DNA from: a virus
Direction: 5' to 3' (one strand)
IMG/VR virus record: IMGVR_UViG_3300029787_005266
Span: 1 to 64,000 of that record
DNA: 64,000 nucleotides
The notes beneath the pieces are model-generated. The model was not told the origin of the DNA. It worked only from the letters and a program-made list of their open reading frames with translations, and did not search any database. The position numbers and the translations under genes are program-made. Positions 55,335 to 64,000 of the stretch are shown here, one piece after another; positions within the stretch are counted from its first letter, which is position 1; each line of letters starts with the position of its first letter.

Positions 55335-56773
55335 TTTGGGGAGCATCAGCACACTTTCATGATGCAGGCTTGAGTGTGGTCAAAGATGGCGAAGTTGTAT
55401 TTGGTGCTCATGCAGAAAGATATTCTGGAGTAAAACATGACAAGTTGCTAAATCAAGACATTATCAACGAAGCACTTACTTGGGGTAGACCTGATGTAGT
55501 TGCATGGTACGAAAAACCATGGAAGAAGAATATTAGAAAGTTATGGACTGGCGAATGGCGGTATTCAAAATTTGATACACACCCAAGCAAGTATCTTAAA
55601 CAGTTTGGCATTGATGCTCCAGTTAAATTGTATGATCATCATTACACTCATGCAACAGCAGGATATTTTACATCACCATTTAAAGAAGCAGTCATTGTGG
55701 TAGCAGATGCTATTGGAGAGTTTGAATGTATTACTATATGGGAGGCAAAAGGGAATAAACTAAAAAGACTGGCGTCATGGTCTTATCCTCACTCACTAGG
55801 TTTGTTATATTCAGCATTTACTCAAAGATGCGGATTGAAGCCTATGGATGAAGAGTATATCACAATGGGAATGGCAGGTTGGGGTGAACCTAAGTACGCA
55901 CATCAAATCAAACAAGAATTTGTAAATCCGACACACTTTCATTTGAAGAAAAATGTACACAAAGGAATAGGCAACTGGATGCCAGATGCACAAGTGGAGG
56001 ATATTGCGGCTTCAATACAACAAGTCACAGAAGAGTGCATTGATCAATTGATGTGTACTGCCTACACATGGACAAGAATGAACAATGTGGTTTTTATGGG
56101 TGGTGTTGCTCTCAACTGTGTGGCCAACCATTTGTTGCATGATTACTTTGATAATGTGTGGATAATGCCCAATCCAGGAGATTGTGGATCTTCACTAGGA
56201 GCCGCACTTGCACACCGAGGATCACACGTTAAATGGCCGGGGCCGTACATTGGCACCAATATTGATAATCCATACCCTGTAGAGGCGTTATTGCACGAAT
56301 TAGACACCAAAAAGATAGTGGGAGTAGCGTCTGGTCGTGCTGAATTTGGGCCACGTGCTTTAGGACACAGATCATTGTTAGCAGACCCTAGAGGCACTGA
56401 AATTAAAGATCAAGTGAACGCAATAAAACGCAGACAAAAGTTCAGACCATTTGCTCCTGCAATACTGGAAGAACATGTCCAACACAACTTTAAAATGTGT
56501 ACCAGTCATTCACCTCATATGCAGTTTGTGGGCGAGTGTTTAAAACCAGATTTGTATCCAGCAATCATTCATGTGGATGGCACCAGCAGAGTACAAACAG
56601 TGGGCAAAAATGATTCAACAGGATTCAGAGCATTGTTAGAAGCTTGGTATGCTAAAACAGGTTGTCCTATGTTGTTGAATACGTCACTAAACATCAGAGG
56701 TGAGCCAATGGTAAACACAAGAGAAGATGCTGATCGCTTCGAAGAAAAATATGGTGTAAAGGTTTGCTCGTGA
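55325..56773 (+). CDS. Carbamoyltransferase (NodU/CmcH/TobZ family)
   Basis: HDAG, AERYSG.KHD, HHYTHA, GGVALNC, GDCGSSLGAA, EFGPRALGHRS, FRPFAP, HVDGTSRVQT and LNTSLN. Confidence 0.95.
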   Translation: MGVVWGASAHFHDAGLSVVKDGEVVFGAHAERYSGVKHDKLLNQDIINEALTWGRPDVVAWYEKPWKKNIRKLWTGEWRYSKFDTHPSKYLKQFGIDAPVKLYDHHYTHATAGYFTSPFKEAVIVVADAIGEFECITIWEAKGNKLKRLASWSYPHSLGLLYSAFTQRCGLKPMDEEYITMGMAGWGEPKYAHQIKQEFVNPTHFHLKKNVHKGIGNWMPDAQVEDIAASIQQVTEECIDQLMCTAYTWTRMNNVVFMGGVALNCVANHLLHDYFDNVWIMPNPGDCGSSLGAALAHRGSHVKWPGPYIGTNIDNPYPVEALLHELDTKKIVGVASGRAEFGPRALGHRSLLADPRGTEIKDQVNAIKRRQKFRPFAPAILEEHVQHNFKMCTSHSPHMQFVGECLKPDLYPAIIHVDGTSRVQTVGKNDSTGFRALLEAWYAKTGCPMLLNTSLNIRGEPMVNTREDADRFEEKYGVKVCS

Positions 56774-56774
56774 C

Positions 56775-59700
56775 ATGTATGACAGATATACATTCGAAGG
56801 ACAAATTACGCAACATAAATCCAACACAGAATGGTATTGGCTCACAGACAGTCGAGTAGATTATTCTAATTTTAATTTTGATTATGATCCTCCCGATTGG
56901 GAAAAACAATTTATACATGCTTTTGGAGATCAACACTCTGTGCATGGCGGAACCTATCTGGTGCACATCAATCATAATAATGAAACAGACTTTAAATTTG
57001 TACCGCAAACAGTAACAAGAAATCAAGCATTTGATGTTTTTACTGATACACATGAAATAGACTTTCAATCGGAAACATCAACTGAATGGTATTGGGTGAC
57101 CAGTCCATTTAATGATTACGTCAATTTTGATTTTACATGGCATCCTGCATTATGGGAGAAAAATTTTGTTCATGTTTTTCCTGATCAACACTGCACACAT
57201 GGCGGCACTTACATTATCCATAAGGATTGTGACTTGGCAAACATTGAATACAAGTATCACAACTTTATCATCCAACGCACTGGATACAATCACCTTCATT
57301 GGAAAACTGATGACAGAAATTCATATGCTGGATTCGATTTTACTTGGCATCCAGAACCATGGGAAGAAAAATATGTGCATTGTTTCGGCGATCAACATGC
57401 TGATGATTCACGCACATATTATGTTGCAGATGAAGTCGACTTTGCCAATGCAAGGAAATATTATCATCCTAAGACTGTAACATGTCACAAACCATTCCAA
57501 AGATTTCATGGTGTAAAAATACAGAACTGTATTACTGAAGATGAATACTACTGGATAACCAGCGATGGCAATGATTACTCTAATTTTGATTTTACTTGGC
57601 ATCCAGATGAATGGCAAAGCAAGTACGTTCATTGCTTCGGAGATCAATACTCAGATGATGCTGGAACATACCTCGTGCATCGTGACACTGACATAAACAA
57701 TGCCAGAACACAGTATCATCCAAATGCCATTACCCGTACAGAATCATTTGAACAGTTTCATGTCAAAGGACTGCAAAAATGTGACACCAAACAAGATTGG
57801 TATTGGATTGTGGATGATGCAAATGATTACCAAAATTTTGATTTCAAATGGCATCCAGAATCATGGAAGGGCAGATATGTCCACTGCTTCGGAGATCAAC
57901 ATTCTGACGATGCAAACACCTATCTAGTACCAAAAGACTGTGATTTGGATAATGTCAAAGTAGAGTATCATAATCATGCTTTTCAACGTGTTAAACCATG
58001 GAATAGATTCAAAATAAGCGGTCTTAAGACGGTGTATTCGGACACGGACTGGTACTGGATCATCTCCGATGAAAATGACTATACAGACTTCGATTTTACA
58101 TGGCATCCAGAGAGTTGGCAAACCAAATATGTGCATTGTTTCGGTGATCAACATGCAGATGATTCCAACACATATCTGGTTCACAAAAGTCATGATATTA
58201 CCAATATCAGATGGCAATATCACCCTGACACTGTTGTCAGAACTGCTAAATTTGATATCATAGAATATGATGGAGAATTAAATCATCATGCAGAATCTGA
58301 TACTGAATGGTATTGGTTAACAAGCAAAGAAAATGATTACTCTGATTTTGATTTCACATGGCATCCTGAAACAGCACAACGCAAATTTGTTCACGTGTTT
58401 GGAGATCAATTTTCAGAAACTTCAGGCACATATTTGATCAATAAAGAATTGGATCCAAACGATTGTAGACAACAGTTCCATGAGAACAAAGTTGTACGCA
58501 AAACCACAGGCACAATACACAGATGTTCCAACATGATGCCTGATGACGAAGGCACAAGATTGTTTTCAAACTTGTTTAATTTCATAAAACGAATAGCAAA
58601 CAACAGTGATGAAAGAAACATTTGGATTACTGCTTCTATTGTAGATGATGCTAATTTTGATTACAAATGGCATCCTGCTGACTGGGAATCGAAGTATATT
58701 CATGTGTTCCACAATGAACAATCTGAATACGGATATGTAATGTGGGTGCCACTTGCTGAGTTCAAAAAGCAAATGGACACCTTGCAAAAATTAGAATGGT
58801 TCGATACAATAAAATATCATGCAACTGATTTGACCTATCATGATCTTCCAGTGAACGAATATTCATTAGGCAAAGGCGCCGCCGAAAAGATACAACAACA
58901 CACATTTACTCATCACTATGAATGGTTTGTGGAAGACAGTGTGCTCCAACAAAACTTGCCAAACTATTATCCTGCAAGATGGGACGAAGTCAACATCAAT
59001 TGTTTTGGTACACATAAGCAAATGTTGTTAGTGCCACGTGAAGCAAAATCATTTGTAGTCGATCAAGTGTATGATTACCCTGCCATTGATACTCACCAAC
59101 ATAATATATCAACGCAACCTAATGACATAATTTTTATATCATATGATGAACCTATGGCTGATGAAAAATATGAACAACTCATAAAAAAATATCCAAGGGC
59201 CAAAAGGGTGCATGGGATAAAAGGTCAGACACAGGCTTATCACAAAGCGGCAGAAACATCGAACACTGATTATTTTTTTGCTGTGTTCCCTAAGTTAGAT
59301 ATTCATCCTGACTTTGATTTTGAATATCAAGTTGATAGATTGCACAATCCCTGTCATTGGATTTTCAACAGTTTCAATCCAGTGAATGGTTTAAAATATG
59401 GTCATGAAGGTATAATTCTTTACAATAAAAATCTAGTGCTGGAAACGACAGATCCTGGAATAGACTTCACAATGTCCAAGGCACATGATTTTGAAGACAT
59501 TATGAGTACCACAATGCTGTTCAATCAAGATCCATGGTTAGCATGGAGAACTGCTTTCCGTGAAGTGGTTAAACTGAATTACTTTAATAGTCAAAAACCT
59601 GACAAGATTACACAGGAACGTTTACAGATTTGGTGTACAGTGGCGGAAGGTGAAAACAGCGAGTGGGTATTGCAAGGAGCGAATGACGGTCAAAAGTTTT

Positions 59701-59777
59701 TCGAAAGTGGTCAAGATCTAAAATTAAGTTATGATTTTGAATGGTTGAAGAATCAGTTTAATAAGGTTTCCATTTAA
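56775..59777 (+). CDS. 1000-aa protein with ~8-9 tandem W/H/D-rich repeats and a C-terminal GT-A-like domain
   Basis: Repeat core YW....NDY..FDFTWHP..W..KYVHCFGDQH.DD..TYLV. The C-terminal domain (DIIFISYDEP..AKRVHG.KG..AYHKAA..NGLKYG..AFREVVK) is paralogous to 45176..46060. Confidence 0.75.
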   Translation: MYDRYTFEGQITQHKSNTEWYWLTDSRVDYSNFNFDYDPPDWEKQFIHAFGDQHSVHGGTYLVHINHNNETDFKFVPQTVTRNQAFDVFTDTHEIDFQSETSTEWYWVTSPFNDYVNFDFTWHPALWEKNFVHVFPDQHCTHGGTYIIHKDCDLANIEYKYHNFIIQRTGYNHLHWKTDDRNSYAGFDFTWHPEPWEEKYVHCFGDQHADDSRTYYVADEVDFANARKYYHPKTVTCHKPFQRFHGVKIQNCITEDEYYWITSDGNDYSNFDFTWHPDEWQSKYVHCFGDQYSDDAGTYLVHRDTDINNARTQYHPNAITRTESFEQFHVKGLQKCDTKQDWYWIVDDANDYQNFDFKWHPESWKGRYVHCFGDQHSDDANTYLVPKDCDLDNVKVEYHNHAFQRVKPWNRFKISGLKTVYSDTDWYWIISDENDYTDFDFTWHPESWQTKYVHCFGDQHADDSNTYLVHKSHDITNIRWQYHPDTVVRTAKFDIIEYDGELNHHAESDTEWYWLTSKENDYSDFDFTWHPETAQRKFVHVFGDQFSETSGTYLINKELDPNDCRQQFHENKVVRKTTGTIHRCSNMMPDDEGTRLFSNLFNFIKRIANNSDERNIWITASIVDDANFDYKWHPADWESKYIHVFHNEQSEYGYVMWVPLAEFKKQMDTLQKLEWFDTIKYHATDLTYHDLPVNEYSLGKGAAEKIQQHTFTHHYEWFVEDSVLQQNLPNYYPARWDEVNINCFGTHKQMLLVPREAKSFVVDQVYDYPAIDTHQHNISTQPNDIIFISYDEPMADEKYEQLIKKYPRAKRVHGIKGQTQAYHKAAETSNTDYFFAVFPKLDIHPDFDFEYQVDRLHNPCHWIFNSFNPVNGLKYGHEGIILYNKNLVLETTDPGIDFTMSKAHDFEDIMSTTMLFNQDPWLAWRTAFREVVKLNYFNSQKPDKITQERLQIWCTVAEGENSEWVLQGANDGQKFFESGQDLKLSYDFEWLKNQFNKVSI

Positions 59778-60963
59778 GTTCTAGTTTTTCTAACCAACTA
59801 TTTCCTGCATGTTTGGCTTCATCAACTAATAATGTTATAGTGTGATCAAACGCATCCAAAAATCCTACGTCAAATGGTCTTGGTTTAATCCCAGGGCCTG
59901 ACAGATGTTTTTTCACAATATCTTCAATCGAATCTTTTTTGACGTTTCCGATGATATATCTGTCACTGCCTGGTCTGTCAAGAAATCCACTTTCATGATA
60001 CACATACTGATTACCTAGACTATCCACAGCAGACGCCACTTGTGGAAAGCCATACCCGTCCATTTGTTCATAGTTTGCCATTTTGATTGGTCCGTCAATC
60101 AATCCATGTCTTACAGGATGTAATGCATAACCATAATCAATGTGTAGATGTTTCATGTCATCGTCGTTTGCACATTCTTCTTCAACTTCTAGAAATATAT
60201 TGTGTAATGTGCTTCTCTCTACATTAGAAATATAATTGTTACTCTGGCTAAAATCTTCCCGTAGTGTTATGAATGATATTTTGTAGTCACTGACTGCATT
60301 TATTTGTTTGATCATACGGAAAACTTTTTTTAGATCATTGCTGTGTCCGGGCAATATTATCCAGTTGACTCCTAGTCGTAAAGGTTTGTCTGACTCTGAC
60401 ATACGTTTACAAAAATTCTGTAAGTTTTTTACAACCATTTTATGTGACTTATTATTTTTTGTGACTGAATAATAACTTTGATCATCGTATCCATAGAGAC
60501 TTACACGCATCACTTCTAGGTCTAAGATACCAATCTGTTTATCTACAAAGTTTTCTGTTAATGCGTAACCGTTGGTGTACAGTTGCATTTTAAATCCTTT
60601 TGAATTTCCGTAACGAATAATCTCCCCAATGTGTGGGTTTGTCAAAGGTTCTAATCCTCCACTTATTCTGAATCGGTCTTGCCAATTTTTGTCTGACTTA
60701 GGATCCTGATCAATAATGCTTTTGAAAACATCCAAACTGTCATCAGCAATAGATCTTTCATATTTTGCATCATAGTTTCTTCCGCAAAAAGTACAAAAGA
60801 ATTGACAGTTAAGGCCTGGATATAATCCTATTCGGTTAGGATATTTGTAAGTGTTGTTTACTGCATGTGACAGAGAACCATTGGCTAACAACGGTAATAT
60901 TGTGTTGTTCCAGTATTTGTTTGCTTGATCTTCGCCTTTGGTATGTTTATACCCTAATCTCAT
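59758..60963 (-). CDS. DesII-like radical SAM enzyme (NDP-sugar C4 deaminase / C3 dehydrogenase family)
   Basis: IGLYPGLNCQFFCTFCGR and SGGLEPLTNP, LYTNG, LREDFS and DYGYAL resemble my recollection of Streptomyces DesII motifs. Confidence 0.75.
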   Translation of the reverse strand: MRLGYKHTKGEDQANKYWNNTILPLLANGSLSHAVNNTYKYPNRIGLYPGLNCQFFCTFCGRNYDAKYERSIADDSLDVFKSIIDQDPKSDKNWQDRFRISGGLEPLTNPHIGEIIRYGNSKGFKMQLYTNGYALTENFVDKQIGILDLEVMRVSLYGYDDQSYYSVTKNNKSHKMVVKNLQNFCKRMSESDKPLRLGVNWIILPGHSNDLKKVFRMIKQINAVSDYKISFITLREDFSQSNNYISNVERSTLHNIFLEVEEECANDDDMKHLHIDYGYALHPVRHGLIDGPIKMANYEQMDGYGFPQVASAVDSLGNQYVYHESGFLDRPGSDRYIIGNVKKDSIEDIVKKHLSGPGIKPRPFDVGFLDAFDHTITLLVDEAKHAGNSWLEKLELKWKPY

Positions 60964-62092
60964 TGTGATAGAATTCCTTAACCTTTTGTATTATATAATC
61001 CTGTTGATCTGTGTCTAGGTGTTGACTTGAAGGCAAACTCACAATGTGTTTGCTAACTTGCTCGGTGATAGGTAAAGGATGCCGTACGCCATTATGGTAA
61101 GGTTCAAACACATGACAAGGATGTCTGAAGTGTATGTTTGTGTAAATTTCTTGGTCTTTAAGCCACTGCATTAATTCGTCACGTCTTTCTACTTGGATAT
61201 TATAAACGTAGAAAGTCATCTTGCTCCATGGCACTTCAGGCAATGTTTTTATTATGCCTTTCACATCTTTGAATGCATCATTATATTTTCTGCAAATTTC
61301 TTGTTTCTTATTCATCCATTTATCTACATAAGGAAGTTTTGCACACAACACAGCCGCTTGAATATTATCTATCCTTGTGTTGTAACCAATTTTTTCATAT
61401 TCGAATCTAACACGTCTTCCATGATCTCTATACATTTTGCATTCTTCGATTAAATCTTTCCTCCCCATAACACAGCCAGCATCACCTATGGCCCCTAAAT
61501 TTTTCACTGGATTAAAACTTACACAAGCAAGATCCACTCCTTTGACAGCACCTAATTTGGTTCCTAAATAATCTGAACCAAATGCTTGAGCGGCATCTTC
61601 GATCAAATACAAATTGTGTTTGTTTTTTATTTCGATAATTTTGTTTATGTCTGGTGATTGTCCATATATGTCTACAAACAGAATTGCTTTTGTTTTGTCT
61701 GTTATAGCATGTTCAATTTTGTCTATGTCTATGTGATAGTAATCATCGATGTCAACAAACACAGGAGATGCACCAACTACTGCAATAGATTCTGGAGTAC
61801 TAACGAATGTATGACTAGGAACTATGACTTCATCGCCTGGTCCTATACCGCAGGCCTTCAAAGCAATAATCAATGCCATTGTACCACTTCCACATGACGC
61901 AACTGATTCACAACCTATGTAGTCCATAATCATTTGTTCTAATGTGTCTCGATATCCTGTGGTAGTTCCAAACACTGCATTGCCAGTAATGAAATTGTTT
62001 GTGTCTAATACTTCTTGTATTGCTTGATCAATATCGTGTTTGCATTCTTGATATTGTGATTGTAAATCTGTAAATTCTATAGGTAACTTCAT
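60947..62092 (-). CDS. DegT/DnrJ/EryC1/StrS PLP sugar aminotransferase (DesV/FdtB-like)
   Basis: SGTMAL, GPGDEVI, IEDAAQA, SFNPVKNLGAIGDAG (PLP Lys) and GYNTRID.IQAA. Confidence 0.92.
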   Translation of the reverse strand: MKLPIEFTDLQSQYQECKHDIDQAIQEVLDTNNFITGNAVFGTTTGYRDTLEQMIMDYIGCESVASCGSGTMALIIALKACGIGPGDEVIVPSHTFVSTPESIAVVGASPVFVDIDDYYHIDIDKIEHAITDKTKAILFVDIYGQSPDINKIIEIKNKHNLYLIEDAAQAFGSDYLGTKLGAVKGVDLACVSFNPVKNLGAIGDAGCVMGRKDLIEECKMYRDHGRRVRFEYEKIGYNTRIDNIQAAVLCAKLPYVDKWMNKKQEICRKYNDAFKDVKGIIKTLPEVPWSKMTFYVYNIQVERRDELMQWLKDQEIYTNIHFRHPCHVFEPYHNGVRHPLPITEQVSKHIVSLPSSQHLDTDQQDYIIQKVKEFYHNEIRV

Positions 62093-63006
62093 AATATTGT
62101 ATCGTGATTAATGTCTTCTAATGCTTGTTTCAAATCAAACTTACTGGAATATCCAATTGATTTAAGTTTTGTTATATTTAATGCTCCGCGATTGGGAAAA
62201 TATTTCTCTCTGTTTACAGGTAAAACTTTGCTCTTACTATTGTAAAAATTAACCACAGACTCTGCAATTTCTTTTATGGTGAATGTTTGTTCACTGCTGA
62301 TATTGAATGTTTCATTTTTTACAGTATCCTTTAATGTTAAAGTTACTGCTTCTATCAGGTCTTTCACATATGTTATATCTGTTGTAGAATCTTGTGCATA
62401 AAATATGTCTTGATCTTGTAATGCTGATTTAATAAATTTAGGCATAAGTCTGTCTGCAATATCGTAATCCCCAAACACACAAATTGGTCTAAAAATAACA
62501 TAATCAACAGTATCTCTTGTAATTGCTTTTAACAGTTTTTCTTGTGTAAGTTTTAAACTACCATACAAATTTATAGGTGAACACAAACTGTTTTCATCTG
62601 CATCATCTTGATAATTTCCATACACATTTGAACTGCTGAACAATATGTATTTTTTTGGTTTGTACGAAAAAGTGTTTACCAGTCCGGTGATCATTGTCTC
62701 TGATGCCACAGTCGGATATTGTTCAACTAAACTTACTCTTGGATACGATGCAAGATTTATTACAACATCTGGTTGGAAGTCTGTATACAATGAATCAATT
62801 TTACTTCTTTCAAGTATTGATCCATTAATAGTGTTGACGTTATTCCAATTTTTGATTCTTGAACTGATAATTTTTTGTTTGATAGTTTCGTTCTCAATAC
62901 CAAATAAAGTAAAATTATCGTAGACGCAAATTTGGTGATCCTCTTGCAAATGGTTTACTAGGTGGTGCCCGATAAATCCAGCACCACCAAATATAAGGAT
63001 CTTCAT
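62089..63006 (-). CDS. NAD-dependent epimerase/dehydratase (extended SDR, NDP-sugar)
   Basis: GGAGFIG, SSSNVYG, YGSLK (YxxxK) and D.TYV.D. Confidence 0.9.
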   Translation of the reverse strand: MKILIFGGAGFIGHHLVNHLQEDHQICVYDNFTLFGIENETIKQKIISSRIKNWNNVNTINGSILERSKIDSLYTDFQPDVVINLASYPRVSLVEQYPTVASETMITGLVNTFSYKPKKYILFSSSNVYGNYQDDADENSLCSPINLYGSLKLTQEKLLKAITRDTVDYVIFRPICVFGDYDIADRLMPKFIKSALQDQDIFYAQDSTTDITYVKDLIEAVTLTLKDTVKNETFNISSEQTFTIKEIAESVVNFYNSKSKVLPVNREKYFPNRGALNITKLKSIGYSSKFDLKQALEDINHDTIL

Positions 63007-63012
63007 TACGGA

Positions 63013-63600
63013 TTACTCCGCGGACTTCTTAGGTCGTCCTTTTTTAGGTCTTAGTTCAGGATCAAGTTCATATGCTCTTTCCCTCATAGCCAACATTTGT
63101 TCTTCTAGTTTGTTTGCTCTATTGATCATCAATTTTGCTTCTGTCTTTCTAGAATCACCTTGTTCGTTTGTGTCAGCCTGTATTGCAAGACCTTCTACTC
63201 TAACACCTTTTTGTTCTGCAATCAATTCATTCAATTTGTCCAATTGAATTGCATCAGCACCTTCTTCTGTCACTAACACATTTTCAGTTGATTGTTTAAT
63301 CAACAATCCTTTGTTGTGTAAATGCTCAAGTACTGAAATGCCTTGAATTGAGTTGGCTGCCGATGCTTCATTTGGATCTAATGAATCTTCTAATGGCATC
63401 TTCATTCTTCCAAGTATATGTGCAAACTCAAATGCGTTTTGTCCATCATTGGATTCCAATAATCCCATCACTTGATCCTCTTCGAATGGTCTAAGTGCAT
63501 CCTTATCGATCACTAATGAAGACATTGGATCACCTGGTAAAGTTCTATTGATTACAATCACTTTATTTCCAGTGGATTTTAATTGTCCTATGTGTTTCAT
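63013..63600 (-). CDS. Hypothetical phage protein
   Basis: 195-aa ORF with upstream SD (AGGAG), ending KGRPKK. Confidence 0.65.
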   Translation of the reverse strand: MKHIGQLKSTGNKVIVINRTLPGDPMSSLVIDKDALRPFEEDQVMGLLESNDGQNAFEFAHILGRMKMPLEDSLDPNEASAANSIQGISVLEHLHNKGLLIKQSTENVLVTEEGADAIQLDKLNELIAEQKGVRVEGLAIQADTNEQGDSRKTEAKLMINRANKLEEQMLAMRERAYELDPELRPKKGRPKKSAE

Positions 63601-63885
63601 TTATTCTCCTTCCGCAGGTGCGTCAGTCTCTGCTGGTGCTTCTGCTGGTTGTTGTTCCGCTTCTTTGGCATCTACGCCTTTTAAGAAAGCATCCAACTTA
63701 TCAAATACTGCTCCAACAGTTCCTAGTTCAGGACCTTTGAATGAACCTCGTTGTGATGAGATATCGATAATTGTTCTTAAGTTTCTCAAATCGGCCACAG
63801 TCAGTGCGGGTGCTTCTGCTTGTGGTGTAGTAACTGTACCATCTTGTGGAACAGTTGCTTCTTCTGTTTTTGTTTCTTCTGACAT
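63601..63885 (-). CDS. Hypothetical phage protein (acidic, Ala/Glu-rich termini)
   Basis: LT..DL...IID....RG.FK..EL..VG core; SD AGGAG at 63892-63896. Confidence 0.65.
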   Translation of the reverse strand: MSEETKTEEATVPQDGTVTTPQAEAPALTVADLRNLRTIIDISSQRGSFKGPELGTVGAVFDKLDAFLKGVDAKEAEQQPAEAPAETDAPAEGE

Positions 63886-63915
63886 TAGTGTCTCCTTATA
63901 TTATAATATATGTAC

Positions 63916-63945
63916 ATTATAATTTATCTAAGGAGCGATTGTCAA
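63916..63945 (-). promoter_or_regulatory. Consensus sigma70 early promoter TTGACA-18-TATAAT driving the leftward operon that includes SDR, aminotransferase and DesII-like genes
   Basis: Plus-strand TGTCAA 63940-63945 and ATTATA 63916-63921. Confidence 0.7.
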
Positions 63946-64000
63946 GAATAATAAACGGTTTGCCCAAAAGGTGGTTTTACATGATCACCACTGTGTATGA

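Noticed and set aside
56900-58450. Regularly spaced DNA repeats resembling a CRISPR array
   Set aside because: The repeats are degenerate at third codon positions and lie in one long ORF; no cas genes are present.
43021-63006. Host LPS/O-antigen locus or RiPP cluster misassembled onto the phage
   Set aside because: Composition and gene packing are continuous with the phage genes, the island is flanked by phage-type hypotheticals, and there is no Wzx/Wzy/ABC exporter, precursor peptide with leader, PqqD domain or peptidase.
1-64000. Alternative genetic code (stop-codon reassignment)
   Set aside because: Standard code 11 gives full-length genes at very high coding density, and TAA, TAG and TGA all occur as genuine stops.
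1-64000. tRNA genes, introns, inteins or homing endonucleases
   Set aside because: Intergenic gaps are too short (mostly under 60 nt), and no cloverleaf, LAGLIDADG/HNH/GIY-YIG or intein motifs were recognised by eye.

Overview
This window is a 64-kb, AT-rich (roughly one third G+C by eye), gene-dense fragment of a large T4-like myovirus, probably marine or aquatic. The host is probably a low-GC proteobacterium, inferred from sigma70-consensus promoters and an AGGAG Shine-Dalgarno (SD) site. (i) 1-5.2 kb is an accessory block: sugar nucleotidyltransferase, HAD nucleotidase, DeoD purine nucleoside phosphorylase, GT2-like glycosyltransferase (GT), Na+/solute symporter, sulfotransferase-like protein and SAM methyltransferase. 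(ii) 5.2-8.8 kb holds gp46/gp47 recombination nuclease and the gp55-like late sigma factor on the minus strand. (iii) 8.8-43 kb is the baseplate/tail module: gp53-, hub-, gp5-, PAAR-, gp25- and gp6-like genes, a 4308-aa baseplate giant and several tail fibres. (iv) 43-63 kb is a ~20-kb sugar-building and tailoring island: several GT-like genes, five tandem radical SAM enzymes with N-terminal auxiliary Fe-S domains, an SGNH-like protein, a NodU-type carbamoyltransferase, a 1000-aa tandem-repeat GT-like protein, and a convergent SDR + DegT-family aminotransferase + DesII-like radical SAM trio. The main candidate new system is phage-encoded synthesis of an unusual amino/deoxy-sugar glycan that may be attached to the virion. 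The structural proteins next door are strikingly rich in a D-S-[S/T] motif that looks like an O-glycosylation sequon. Many genes also appear to be transcribed as leaderless or near-leaderless mRNAs. All functional calls come from motif recognition by eye; no database searches were run.
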